From Sulfuricellaceae bacterium (lineage in GTDB: Bacteria > Pseudomonadota > Gammaproteobacteria > Burkholderiales > UBA9220): a stretch of 53,233 nt of DNA. The notes beneath the pieces are model-generated. The model was given only the letters and a program-made list of their open reading frames with translations. It made no database searches and was not told where the DNA came from. Where the stretch lies: contig JBFXHL010000004.1 in assembly GCA_050177075.1 (NCBI GenBank), positions 1 to 53,233 of the forward strand, written 5' to 3'. How positions within the stretch are numbered: the first letter of the stretch is position 1; every line of letters begins with the position of its first letter. The translations under genes were made by a program, and so were the position numbers. This document shows, in pieces, positions 9,490-18,638 of the stretch.

Positions 9490-10880
9490 TTCCCCAGGGC
9501 GGCCAGCAGCTTGTCGTGGATGCCGCCGAAGCCGCCGTTGCTCATCACCAGCACGTGGTCGCCGGGTTTGGCCTCGGCCACGATGGCGCTCACCAGGGCG
9601 TCCAGGTCGTCCAGGGTGACGGCCTGGTCGCCCAGGGGGGCCAGGGCCGCGGCGGCGTCCCAGCCGAGATTGGCGCCGTAGCAGAACACCTTGTCGGCAC
9701 CCTTCAAGCTGGCGGGGAGCTGTTCCTTCATCACCCCCAACTTCATGGTGTTGGAACGGGGCTCCAGCACCGCGAGGATGCGCTCGCCCCCGACCTTCTT
9801 GCGCAGGCCGGCCACGGTGGTGTCGATGGCGGTGGGGTGGTGGGCGAAGTCGTCGTAGACCGTGATGCCGTTCACCGTGCCCCGCACTTCCATGCGCCGC
9901 TTCACGCTCTTGAACCGGCTCAGGGCTTCGATGCCCACGCTGGCGGGGACGCCGGCATGGCGGGCGGCGGCGATGGCGGCCAGGGCGTTGAGGGTGTTGT
10001 GCTCGCCCAGGATGTCCCAGTGCAGCATTCCCTGGCTCTCGCCGCGGAAGGCGATCTCCAGCCCGGCGTCGGTCTCCCTCGCGCTCCAGCCGGCTTCAGC
10101 GCCGAACAGTTCCACCGTGGTCCAGCAGCCCCGGGACAGCACCCGGTCCAGGGCCGGTTCCCGGCCGTTGGCGACGATCAGGCCGTTGCCCGGCACGGTG
10201 CGCACTAGGTGGTGGAACTGGGTCTCGATGGCGGCCAGGTCGGGGAAGATGTCGGCGTGGTCGAACTCCAGGTTGTTCAGCACCGCGGTGCGGGGGCGGT
10301 AGTGGACGAACTTGGAACGCTTGTCGAAGAAGGCGGTGTCGTACTCGTCGGCTTCGATGACGAAGAAGGGCGTCTTGCCCAGGCGGGCGGAGATGCCGAA
10401 GTTCTGGGGCACGCCGCCGATCAGGAAGCCGGGCTCCATCTTGGCGTATTCCAGTATCCACGCCAGCATGGAGCTGGTGGTTGTCTTGCCGTGGGTGCCG
10501 GCCACCGCGAGCACCCACTTACCGCCTGGCTCCCCTCCCCCGCAGGCGGGGGAGGGGTTGGGGGAGAGGGAAGGGTGGAGGATGTGTTCCGCCAGCCACT
10601 GGGGACCGGAGACGTAGGGCAGGTTGCGGTTGAGGATTTCCTCCATCAGGGGTTGCTTGCCCCGGGCCACCACGTTGCCGATCACGTACAGGTCGGGCTC
10701 CAGCTTGATCTGGTCGGCGTCGAAGCCCTCGATCAGGCCGATACCCATGGCCTCCAGCTGGGTGCTCATGGGGGGATAGACGTTGGCGTCGCAGCCGGTG
10801 ACTTTGTGGCCCGCCTCTTTGGCGATGGCGGCGATGCCACCCATGAAGGTGCCGCAGATGCCGAGGATGTGGATGTGCAT
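9486..10880 (-). CDS. mpl: Murein peptide ligase Mpl (with in-frame repeat insertion)
   Basis: MHIHILGICGTFMGG, AGTHGKTTT, EADEYDTAFFDKRSKF and DDFAHHPTAI. Confidence 0.97.
   Translation of the reverse strand: MHIHILGICGTFMGGIAAIAKEAGHKVTGCDANVYPPMSTQLEAMGIGLIEGFDADQIKLEPDLYVIGNVVARGKQPLMEEILNRNLPYVSGPQWLAEHILHPSLSPNPSPACGGGEPGGKWVLAVAGTHGKTTTSSMLAWILEYAKMEPGFLIGGVPQNFGISARLGKTPFFVIEADEYDTAFFDKRSKFVHYRPRTAVLNNLEFDHADIFPDLAAIETQFHHLVRTVPGNGLIVANGREPALDRVLSRGCWTTVELFGAEAGWSARETDAGLEIAFRGESQGMLHWDILGEHNTLNALAAIAAARHAGVPASVGIEALSRFKSVKRRMEVRGTVNGITVYDDFAHHPTAIDTTVAGLRKKVGGERILAVLEPRSNTMKLGVMKEQLPASLKGADKVFCYGANLGWDAAAALAPLGDQAVTLDDLDALVSAIVAEAKPGDHVLVMSNGGFGGIHDKLLAALGK
10529..10570. repeat. REP-like palindromic element inserted in frame in mpl
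   Basis: CCCCTCCCCCGC-AG-GCGGGGGAGGGG is a perfect 12-bp inverted repeat (10532-10557), followed by a TTGGGGGAGAGGG tail. It encodes the low-complexity stretch PSLSPNPSPACGGGE. Confidence 0.8.
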
Positions 10881-10882
10881 GG

Positions 10883-11227
10883 TTATTCCGGAAATTCCTG
10901 CGCAAGCAGGGCGCGAAGGGCTGTGGTGAGTTCGGGGAGATCGGCGGTGGCGGTGGTCCAGACGATATTCCAGTCCACCGCGAAGTAGGCGTGCACGGCG
11001 ATGTTGCGGAAACCTACGATATCCGCCCAGGGGATGTCGGGGTGGCGTTCCTGGAGTTCCTTGGGCAGGCGAGTCGCCGCTTCGCCGATGAGAGTGAGTT
11101 TTTGCAGGACGGCGCTGCGCAGCAGATCGTCGTCGGCGAAACGTTTCCTGTCGCTGCCGGCGATGAAGCGCTGGACGGCCTCCGCAGCTTCCAGCATGTC
11201 GGCCAGGTAAAGATGCTCACGCCTCAT
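10883..11227 (-). CDS. HepT/DUF86 HEPN-domain RNase toxin
   Basis: Start reassigned to the ATG at 11227 (MRREHLYLADMLEA). Contains IGEA and the RX4HXY motif RNIAVHAY. Confidence 0.9.
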   Translation of the reverse strand: MRREHLYLADMLEAAEAVQRFIAGSDRKRFADDDLLRSAVLQKLTLIGEAATRLPKELQERHPDIPWADIVGFRNIAVHAYFAVDWNIVWTTATADLPELTTALRALLAQEFPE

Positions 11228-11519
11228 ACAGGGTTTCGGCGCTGGACAGGACTTGGTCGCGAATGACGGATTTGAGGCCGGCGCGGGGCACCAGGTCGAC
11301 GGGGCGGTGCAACAGGCCGGACAGTTCCCGCGCCATCCGGTTGAAGGCGAGGAAGCCGATGGCGGCATCGTCCTCGAATTCCACCAGCAGGTCCACGTCG
11401 CTGTCCGGGGTGAAGCCCTCCGTCACGGCGGAGCCGAATACCGCCAGCCGGCGCACATGGTAGTGGCGGCAAAGCTGCCGAAGGGAATCGGTGGGAATGG
11501 ATAAAGCCGGATGGATCAT
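11217..11519 (-). CDS. MntA-type minimal nucleotidyltransferase antitoxin
   Basis: GSX10DXD motif (FGSAVTEGFTPDSDVD); overlaps the HEPN gene start. Confidence 0.9.
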   Translation of the reverse strand: MIHPALSIPTDSLRQLCRHYHVRRLAVFGSAVTEGFTPDSDVDLLVEFEDDAAIGFLAFNRMARELSGLLHRPVDLVPRAGLKSVIRDQVLSSAETLYEA

Positions 11520-11534
11520 GGGGGGGATTTTAAC

Positions 11535-12365
11535 CTAAACACCAAAATACTTGGCGTCCGGGTGGTGGACTATGATGGCGCTGGTGGATTCCTCCGGCCA
11601 CAGCTGGTCCTCGTCCCCCAGGCGGACGCCGATCTTGTGGGCTTCCAGCAGGTCGAGAATCTTGTCCTGGTCGTGGAGGTTGGGGCAGGCCGGGTAGCCG
11701 AAGGAGTAGCGGCTGCCCCGGTAGTGCTGCTTGATCATGTCCTGGATGTCCCGGGCATCCTCGGCGCCGAAGCCCAGTTCCACCCGGATGCGGCGGTGGA
11801 TGAATTCCGCCAGGCCCTCCGCGCCTTCCGCGTCCAGGCCGTGCCAGTAGAGGTATTCCTGGTACTCGTTGGCCTGGAACAGCTCCCGCGCGTGGTCCGA
11901 GGCGCCCTGGCCGATGGTCACCAGCTGGAAGGCCACCACGTCCATCTCGTTGCTTTCCACCGGGCGGAAGAAATCGGCGATGCACAGCTTCCGCTCCGTA
12001 GTCTGGCGGGGGAAGGGAAAGCGGCAGCGCTCGGTGCGCCCTGCCGGGTCGGCATAGACGATCAGCTCGTCTCCCTGGGACTGGCAGGGGAAGTAGCCGT
12101 ACACCGCTTGGGGCCTGAGAATGCCTTCCGCCTCGCTCCGGGCCACCAAGCGGTTGAAGATGGGGTCCACCTCCTTCTTCGCCCACTCCCGGTATTCCTC
12201 CGGCGATTTGCCCTGGGGCTTGAAGCCCCACTGGAACTTGTACAGGGCGGTCTTGTTGATGTACGGCACCACCGCCTTGAGGGACAGGTGCTCGATGCAT
12301 TTCGCCCCCCAGAAGGGCGGGACGGGGATCGGGTTGTCGTGGGGAATGGCGGAGCGCTCGGACAT
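11535..12365 (-). CDS. Stand-alone B12-dependent methionine synthase activation (SAM-binding) domain protein
   Basis: Matches only the C-terminal MetH reactivation domain (PIPVPPFWG, FPFPRQ..LCIADFF, GSRYSFGYPACP, PEESTSA..HHPDAKYF). Confidence 0.85.
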   Translation of the reverse strand: MSERSAIPHDNPIPVPPFWGAKCIEHLSLKAVVPYINKTALYKFQWGFKPQGKSPEEYREWAKKEVDPIFNRLVARSEAEGILRPQAVYGYFPCQSQGDELIVYADPAGRTERCRFPFPRQTTERKLCIADFFRPVESNEMDVVAFQLVTIGQGASDHARELFQANEYQEYLYWHGLDAEGAEGLAEFIHRRIRVELGFGAEDARDIQDMIKQHYRGSRYSFGYPACPNLHDQDKILDLLEAHKIGVRLGDEDQLWPEESTSAIIVHHPDAKYFGV

Positions 12366-12440
12366 GGGTTCGGTGCTGGCTGAAAAAGGGCATTATAATG
12401 CCATCTGCGACGGATAACCCACCAATTTGCTAGGACTTCA

Positions 12441-13190
12441 ATGGGCTGGCTGCTCACCAACCTCATCGCCTCCTTTCTCCTGCCCCCGCTCTCCCTGCTG
12501 CTGATCGGCGCTCTGGGGCTGGCCTTGCTGAAAAGGCGGCCGGGGCTGGGCAAGGGGCTGCTCGCCCTCTCCCTGGGGCTGCTGACGGTGCTGTCCCTGC
12601 CCGCCGTGTCGGACCGGCTGCTGGGAAGCCTGGAGGAGGGCACCCTGTTGCCTCCGGAACATCGGCCTCCCGCCCAGGCCATCGTAGTGCTGGGGGGTGG
12701 GCGCGATATCAACGCGCTGGAGTACGCGGGCGATACCGTGGGTAGCGTAACCTTGAGGCGGGTGCGCTACGGCGCATGGCTCCAGCGGGAAACCGGCCTG
12801 CCGCTGCTGGTCACAGGCGGTAAACCCGACGGCGGCACGCTGTCTGAAGGGGAAACCATGCGTCGAGTGCTGGAGCGGGAGTTCGGCGTGCCGGTGCGCT
12901 GGGTGGAGGACCGCTCCGACAACACCCGGGAGAACGCCTACAACAGCCGGGAACTGCTCAAGGGCAGCGGGGTGCGGACCATCTACCTGGTGACCCACGC
13001 CTGGCATATGCCCCGGGCGAAGCGGGTATTCGAGACGGCGGGGTTCAAGGTGGTGCCGGCGGGCATTGGTTTCCACCAAACCAAGCCGCTCACGGTTCTC
13101 GACTTCCTGCCCGATGCCAAGGCCCTGGAGGGCAGCTCCCACTATATCCACGAAATCATCGGCCTGGTCTGGTACCGGCTGAAAAGCTGA
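12441..13190 (+). CDS. YdcF/ElyC (DUF218) family membrane protein
   Basis: Two N-terminal transmembrane helices; AIVVLGGG, EDRSDNTRENA and LVTHAWHMPRA. Confidence 0.9.
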   Translation: MGWLLTNLIASFLLPPLSLLLIGALGLALLKRRPGLGKGLLALSLGLLTVLSLPAVSDRLLGSLEEGTLLPPEHRPPAQAIVVLGGGRDINALEYAGDTVGSVTLRRVRYGAWLQRETGLPLLVTGGKPDGGTLSEGETMRRVLEREFGVPVRWVEDRSDNTRENAYNSRELLKGSGVRTIYLVTHAWHMPRAKRVFETAGFKVVPAGIGFHQTKPLTVLDFLPDAKALEGSSHYIHEIIGLVWYRLKS

Positions 13191-13205
13191 GAGAAAGGAA
13201 AAAAC

Positions 13206-13622
13206 ATGAAAGCACGCGTCAAATGGGTCGAAGGCTTGGCCTTCATGGGCGAGACCGAGAGCGGCCACGCCGTGGTGATGGACGGCCCCCCCGACATCGG
13301 CGGCCGCAACCTGGGTCCTCGCCCCATGGAAATGCTGCTCCTTGGCACGGGCGCCTGCTCCTCGGTGGACGTGGTGTCCATCCTGAAGAAAAGCCGCCAG
13401 GACGTCACCGACTGCTGGGTGGAGCTGGACGCCGACCGCGCCGCCACCGAGCCCAAGGTGTTCACCAGGATTCACATGCACTTCGTGGTGGTGGGCAAGG
13501 GCCTGAAGCCGGAAGTGGTGGAACGGGCGGTGAAGCTGTCGGCGGAGAAGTACTGCTCGGCGTCCATCATGCTCGGCAAGAGCGCCGAGGTGACGCATGA
13601 TTTTGAGGTGCGGGAGGGCTGA
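13206..13622 (+). CDS. OsmC/YhfA family protein
   Basis: GPRPMEMLLLGTGACSS..KYCSAS cysteine pair. Confidence 0.92.
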   Translation: MKARVKWVEGLAFMGETESGHAVVMDGPPDIGGRNLGPRPMEMLLLGTGACSSVDVVSILKKSRQDVTDCWVELDADRAATEPKVFTRIHMHFVVVGKGLKPEVVERAVKLSAEKYCSASIMLGKSAEVTHDFEVREG

Positions 13623-13646
13623 GGTTATTGCGGAGAGCGTGGTAGA

Positions 13647-14075
13647 TCAACCGTGACTAATGCGCTCCCACGCTTCACGGAAGCTCTCCAGTTCATAATC
13701 ACCGGGTTGTAGCCAGTACGATATCCGACCTTCCTTTTCACCCTTGTGTGCTCGTTGCCGCACTTCCTCCGGCGTGAGAATAAAGGCGGACGGTGTCGTA
13801 GCCACTTTATTCACGATAATCCAGAAATCCCCCATGATTTTTTCGAGCGACGTGCCGAGCGGAACCGGGGTGCGCTTGCTCAACGCCTTGACCTGAATAC
13901 CGTGGAACGTAGAGGCGTCACGGCTGTAGGCGATAATGTCCACGCCTCGGGCATTTCGCGCGGTAGGCATGACATTCCATCCGAGTAGCGATAGCTTGTA
14001 GCAGCAGTAATAAAGGCCGACGTTGCCGGTTAATTGTGGGTCAAGCGTCACAGACCTTGTCGATGGACCGGGCAT
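13647..14075 (-). CDS. Small PD-(D/E)XK-fold putative nuclease
   Basis: The G..G helix followed by GVDIIA..GIQVK fits a restriction/resolvase-like fold; visibly lower GC than the flanks. Confidence 0.6.
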   Translation of the reverse strand: MPGPSTRSVTLDPQLTGNVGLYYCCYKLSLLGWNVMPTARNARGVDIIAYSRDASTFHGIQVKALSKRTPVPLGTSLEKIMGDFWIIVNKVATTPSAFILTPEEVRQRAHKGEKEGRISYWLQPGDYELESFREAWERISHG

Positions 14076-14078
14076 GGT

Positions 14079-14348
14079 TCAAGTATTGGCCCGGCTGACC
14101 AGCGGATATCGTTCAGGATGGAAAACCGAATCGACCGCCAGGTCGATGTCCAGTTCCGGCCAGTAAAGGTGACGCTCGGAGGGCATTTCGACGTGGAACA
14201 GCTTGCCCACCGGCGCGTCCTTGAACCAGGGGAATTCGGCGAAGGGCAGGAACACCTCTTTCCCGTTCAGCGACAGCCACAGGCCGTGGGGCGAGATGTT
14301 GGCGACTTCAACTTCCGAAGTGGGCGAACCAAGCGCGGCGGATTTCAT
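14079..14348 (-). CDS. DUF2442 family protein (putative antitoxin)
   Basis: LPFAEFPWF..A..LYWPELDIDLAVDS pattern. Confidence 0.85.
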   Translation of the reverse strand: MKSAALGSPTSEVEVANISPHGLWLSLNGKEVFLPFAEFPWFKDAPVGKLFHVEMPSERHLYWPELDIDLAVDSVFHPERYPLVSRANT

Positions 14349-14547
14349 CTTCGTGCTCCTTGACCAGTTTCTCGGCGGCGGCCAATTCCTTATCGGTAAG
14401 TCCGTAATTCTGGGCGGGTTCGATGGCCGGTTCCAGCCAGAATTTGGCTTCGCCGCGAGGACCGGTGACGTGGACGTGCATGCGCGGCTCCTCCCGGGAA
14501 AAGAAGTAGAAGCGGAAGCCGCCCTCGCGGAAAATCGTCGGACTCAT
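14308..14547 (-). CDS. DUF4160 family protein (putative toxin)
   Basis: MSPTIFREGGFRFYFFSREEPRMHVHV..AKFWL; paired with DUF2442. Confidence 0.87.
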   Translation of the reverse strand: MSPTIFREGGFRFYFFSREEPRMHVHVTGPRGEAKFWLEPAIEPAQNYGLTDKELAAAEKLVKEHEDEIRRAWFAHFGS

Positions 14548-14589
14548 ATAGTCATAATACGCCGGAAGATTTCCCGCAGGTAGAAGGGG

Positions 14590-15216
14590 TTAAACCCAAT
14601 ACACCGTCCCCGTCATCACCTTCGCCGTCAGCTTCATCCCCCACTTCACCGGCAGGGGCAGTTCGGCGCCGCCATGCTCGACGGCGGTGGTGGCGTGGCG
14701 GGCTTCGTCGTCGCGCATCAGTTCGACGATGGCGCGGCTCTTCATGTCCTGGGCCGGGAGACGGCTCAAGTGGCCGTCCAGGTGGGCGCACACCTGGCGC
14801 TCGGTCTCGGCGAGAAAACCCAGGTTCCATTTATCCCCCAGGGCGCCGGCCAGGGCGCCGATGGCCAGGGAGTTGATGTACCACAGGGGGTCGAGGAAGC
14901 TCAGGCGGCCCCCTAGTTCCTTCACCCGGTTTTCCGTCCAGTGCAGGTGCTCCACTTCCTCCCAGGCGGCCTGTTCCAGGGCCGCTTTCGCCGCCGGGTC
15001 GCGGGCGGTGAGGGCCTGGCCCTGGTAGAGGGCCTGGGCGCAGATTTCGCCGCTGTGGTTGATGCGCATCAGGCGGGCGGCATGCTTCTTCTCCGCCTCG
15101 CTCATTTCCGCTTCCGGCAGGTCCTCGCCGGGCAATGGGCGGAGGGTCTGGGCGGGGGCGAAGAGGGTGCGCAGGCCCTTGTCGAATTGGACGATCAGTT
15201 TGTCGAGGTCGAACAT
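14590..15216 (-). CDS. coq7: Demethoxyubiquinone hydroxylase Coq7
   Basis: Di-iron ligand motifs [28 protein letters not shown] and DEARH. Confidence 0.96.
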   Translation of the reverse strand: MFDLDKLIVQFDKGLRTLFAPAQTLRPLPGEDLPEAEMSEAEKKHAARLMRINHSGEICAQALYQGQALTARDPAAKAALEQAAWEEVEHLHWTENRVKELGGRLSFLDPLWYINSLAIGALAGALGDKWNLGFLAETERQVCAHLDGHLSRLPAQDMKSRAIVELMRDDEARHATTAVEHGGAELPLPVKWGMKLTAKVMTGTVYWV

Positions 15217-15229
15217 GATGTTTCCTTTA

Positions 15230-15302
15230 AGTCGAGAGTCGAGAGCGATGAGTCGAGAGCGAGGCCGGCGGCTCTCGACTCTCGGCTTGCAGCTCTCGGC
15301 TA
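15230..15302. repeat. Inverted array of degenerate heptamer repeats (AGTCGAG-like)
   Basis: Five heptamers agtcgag agtcgag agcgatg agtcgag agcgagg are followed by four inverted copies ctctcga ctctcgg cttgcag ctctcgg. Confidence 0.8.
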
Positions 15303-16520
15303 TCCTCCAAATCCCAGTTGTCTTGCCACCAGGGTCGCCGGGTGGGCGATTTCGCTGTCGAGGCCGGCGTCCTTCACGCCGCAGCCCAGGTGCAGGGCGC
15401 AGCCGATGTTGGCGGTGGCGACGAAGTCCGGCTTCACCGCGCGGATGGCGTCGATTTTATCATCCAGCAGCTTTCCCGCCATCTCCGGCTGGAGGAGAAA
15501 GTAGGCCCCCGCGCCGCCGCAGCACTGGTCGTTGCCCGGCAGGGGGACCACTTCGGCGCCGGGGAGGAACTTCAGCAGGGCGTAGGGGGAGGCGGCGTCC
15601 TTCAGCACGTTGGCCTGGGAGCAGGGTTCGTGGACGGCGATGCGGCCGGACAGGGGCGCCGGGTGCAGGTTTTCCCAGCCGGTGGCGGCGGCGAGGTACT
15701 CGGTGGCTTCCCGCACCGCGATGCCCGCCGGGGCGAGGGCTTCCTTGAGGGCCGGGGCGCAGCCGGTAGCGGCGACGACCACGGTCTTCAGCCCGGCGAA
15801 GGCCTCCCGGTTGCGCCGGGCCAGGGCCTCGGCTTCCTCCGGTTCGCCGGCGTGGCGGTGGAGGGCGCCGCAGCAGGCCTGATCTTGCGGCACCCGCACC
15901 CCGTGGCCGAGTTTTTCCAGGAGGAAGGCGGTGGCCCGCAGGGTTTCGCTGTCGGCGAGGCGGGCGACGCAGCCGAGGAACAGGCCCACTTCCTCAGGGC
16001 CGGGGCGGTCATGGATAGCCCGGTGGAACGTCAGGTCGGGGAGGGCGGCATCCGCCCGGGCCAGTTTTCCCAGGAGGCCGAGGGCCCGGGCCAGGGTACG
16101 CAGGCCGGAGCGCTGCCAGAAGCGCAGCAGACTCTCCGCCAGGCGCAACTGCCCGGGGCTGGCGGCCACGGCCAGGAGGCGGCGTCGGAGGCGCCGCCGG
16201 AAGGGGGGCTGCTCGGCGGCGAGGCGGGCGCGCATGCCTTCCACCAGCCGGCCGTATTCCACCCGGGACGGGCACACCGCTTCGCAGCGGCGGCAGGCGA
16301 GGCACAGGTCGATGTGGCGGACGAAGGCGCCGCTCGGGGGCAGTTGCCCTTCCAGCACGCCGCGCATCATGAAAATCCGTCCCCGGGGCGAATCCGCCTC
16401 CGACCGGGTCTTGCGGTAGGTGGGGCAGTGGGGCAGGCACAGGCCGCAGGCCACGCACTGGTTGGCGAGGTCGGCCAGTTGTGCCGGGTCGGGCAGGGAG
16501 GTGGGGGCGGGCGTGCTCAT
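15300..16520 (-). CDS. GlcF-like (Fe-S)/CCG-domain oxidoreductase subunit
   Basis: [12 protein letters not shown] and [12 protein letters not shown] ferredoxin motifs; two CCG motifs. Confidence 0.88.
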   Translation of the reverse strand: MSTPAPTSLPDPAQLADLANQCVACGLCLPHCPTYRKTRSEADSPRGRIFMMRGVLEGQLPPSGAFVRHIDLCLACRRCEAVCPSRVEYGRLVEGMRARLAAEQPPFRRRLRRRLLAVAASPGQLRLAESLLRFWQRSGLRTLARALGLLGKLARADAALPDLTFHRAIHDRPGPEEVGLFLGCVARLADSETLRATAFLLEKLGHGVRVPQDQACCGALHRHAGEPEEAEALARRNREAFAGLKTVVVAATGCAPALKEALAPAGIAVREATEYLAAATGWENLHPAPLSGRIAVHEPCSQANVLKDAASPYALLKFLPGAEVVPLPGNDQCCGGAGAYFLLQPEMAGKLLDDKIDAIRAVKPDFVATANIGCALHLGCGVKDAGLDSEIAHPATLVARQLGFGG

Positions 16521-16566
16521 GGGAAGGAGCGAATTATCCGCTTAAGGCGTGGGGCGTGCCACTTTT

Positions 16567-17982
16567 TCAGGCGAGGCGGGGGAAGCGCACGGTCACGGTG
16601 AGGCCGTGTCCGCCTTCGCCGTCGGCCAGGGACAGTTCCGCCCGGTGGAGGTCGGCGATGCGTTTGACGATGGACAGGCCGAGGCCGCTGCCGGGGGCCT
16701 CGTTGCCCAAGACCCGGTAGAAGCGGTCGAAAACCCGCTGCCGTTCCTCGGCGGGAATGCCGGGGCCGCTGTCGCGGACGGTCAGGGTCACGCCGTCGGG
16801 GTTTTTCGCGATGCTTACCCGCACCGCGCCGCCGGGGGGAGTGTAGCGGACGGCGTTGTCCACCAGATTGCGCAGCAGGATGGCGAGCATGGGGCCGTGG
16901 CCGGCGACGGTGCCGTCGCCGCTCAGCTCCAGATCGAGGTTCTTTGCCAGGGCGGCGGGGCCCAGGTCGGCGATGACCTGGCGGGCCAGGGGCGCCAGGG
17001 GGCAGGGGGCGAGGGCGGCGGCGCCGCTGTCCGGGTCCAGGCGGGCCAGGGTCAGGAGCTGCTCCACCAAATGGGCGGCCCGGTCGGCGCCGGCGAGCAC
17101 GCTTTCCAGGGCGGACTTGCGCCCGACCTCGTCCGCCGCCCGCAGCGCAACTTGGGCATGGGTCTTGAGGGCGGCGAGGGGGGTGCGCAGCTCATGGGCG
17201 GCGTCGGCGGTGAAGCGGCGCTCGTTGTCCAGGGCGTCGGCCAGGCGGCGGAGCAGGGTGTTGAGGGACGCCACCAGGGGGGCGATTTCCGTCGGCACGG
17301 CGCCGGACTCCAGGGGGACGAGGTTGTCCGGGGCCCGGGAGGCGACTTCCGCGCCGATGCGCCGCAGGGGGGCGAGGCCTTCGCCGACGGCGAGCCAGAT
17401 CAGAATCCCCAGCAGGGGCAGGGTGAAGGCGAGGGGGCCGAGGAGGCGCAGGGCGATGTGGGCCGCCAGTTCTTGCCGCATGTCGGCGCGTTCCCCGACC
17501 TGGACCAGGATTTCGCCTTCCTGGTTCCAGTGGCTGAAAACCCGCCAGCGGTGGTCGCCGCTTTCCACATCGTCGAAGCGGCCCCGGGGGGTGCCGCCAG
17601 GGTGGGGGTGCTCGTCCGGGGCATGGGGGCCGGCGCCGGCATAGACCGGGGAGAGGGGCTGCTCCGGCGCGCCTTCGGAGCGCACCAGCAGGATGCCGTG
17701 GTCGTCCCACACCTGGAAGGCGAGCTTGCGCTCGTACTTGTGGTCGTCGCTGCGCACCTCGCTCGCCACGCCGTCCCGCCGCCCCTGTAGGTCCTCGATG
17801 TCGTGGTCGGCCTGGGCCAGGAGAAGCTTGGCCGTCTGGGCGAGTTGGGCGTCGAAGATCTCGTCCATCTCGTGGCGGGCGTCGAGAAAGCTGAACACCG
17901 CGGTGGCGGACCAGGCCGCCGCGACGAGGGTGAGCAGTAGCAACAACAGTTTCAGGCGCAGGGAGCGGGGGGCGCGCATCAT
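16567..17982 (-). CDS. QseC/BqsS-like sensor histidine kinase
   Basis: Two transmembrane helices, periplasmic HEMDEIFDAQL, H-box DAAHELRTPL, NLVDNA and GSGLGL. Confidence 0.92.
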   Translation of the reverse strand: MMRAPRSLRLKLLLLLLTLVAAAWSATAVFSFLDARHEMDEIFDAQLAQTAKLLLAQADHDIEDLQGRRDGVASEVRSDDHKYERKLAFQVWDDHGILLVRSEGAPEQPLSPVYAGAGPHAPDEHPHPGGTPRGRFDDVESGDHRWRVFSHWNQEGEILVQVGERADMRQELAAHIALRLLGPLAFTLPLLGILIWLAVGEGLAPLRRIGAEVASRAPDNLVPLESGAVPTEIAPLVASLNTLLRRLADALDNERRFTADAAHELRTPLAALKTHAQVALRAADEVGRKSALESVLAGADRAAHLVEQLLTLARLDPDSGAAALAPCPLAPLARQVIADLGPAALAKNLDLELSGDGTVAGHGPMLAILLRNLVDNAVRYTPPGGAVRVSIAKNPDGVTLTVRDSGPGIPAEERQRVFDRFYRVLGNEAPGSGLGLSIVKRIADLHRAELSLADGEGGHGLTVTVRFPRLA

Positions 17983-18638
17983 GGCTTGTCGATCAGGTAG
18001 CCGACGCCGCGGAGGGTGCGGATCAGCTCCGCGCCAAGCTTTTTGCGCAGGTGGTGGATGTGGACCTCCACCGCGTTGCTCTCCACTTCCTCCCCCCAGC
18101 CGTAGAGGCTTTGCTCCAGCTGTTCACGGGACTGGACGCGGCCGGCGTTTTCCAGCAGGTGGAGGAGGATGGCGAATTCCTTGGGGGAAAGGTCCACGGC
18201 CTGGCCGTCGAGGGAGGCGGCATGGGCGGCGGGGTCGACGCGCAGCTTGCCGTGGACGATGGCCGGCGCGGCGCGGCCGCCGGAACGGCGCAGCAGGGCG
18301 CGGAGGCGGGCGGTGAGTTCGTCCAGGTCGAAGGGCTTGACCAGGTAGTCGTCGGCGCCGGCGTCCAGGCCTTTCACCCGGTCGGCGACGGTGTCCCGGG
18401 CGGTGAGGATCAGCACCGGCAGGGGGTCGTTTTTGGCCCGCAGGCGGCGCAGTACTTCTTCCCCGGACAGGCGGGGCAGCCCCAGGTCCAGCACCATCAG
18501 GGCGTAGGTTTCGCTCTCCAGGGCGTGCCGGGCCTGCTCGCCGTCCTTCACCCAATCCACGGCGAAGCCGGCCTGGGCGAGGCCGGTGCGGATGCCCTCG
18601 CCGAGGAGAGGGTCGTCCTCAACCAGCAGCAGGCGCAT
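17979..18638 (-). CDS. QseB/PmrA-like OmpR-family response regulator
   Basis: MRLLLVEDD, GADDYLVKPF and SNAVEVHIHHLRKKLG. Confidence 0.95.
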   Translation of the reverse strand: MRLLLVEDDPLLGEGIRTGLAQAGFAVDWVKDGEQARHALESETYALMVLDLGLPRLSGEEVLRRLRAKNDPLPVLILTARDTVADRVKGLDAGADDYLVKPFDLDELTARLRALLRRSGGRAAPAIVHGKLRVDPAAHAASLDGQAVDLSPKEFAILLHLLENAGRVQSREQLEQSLYGWGEEVESNAVEVHIHHLRKKLGAELIRTLRGVGYLIDKP

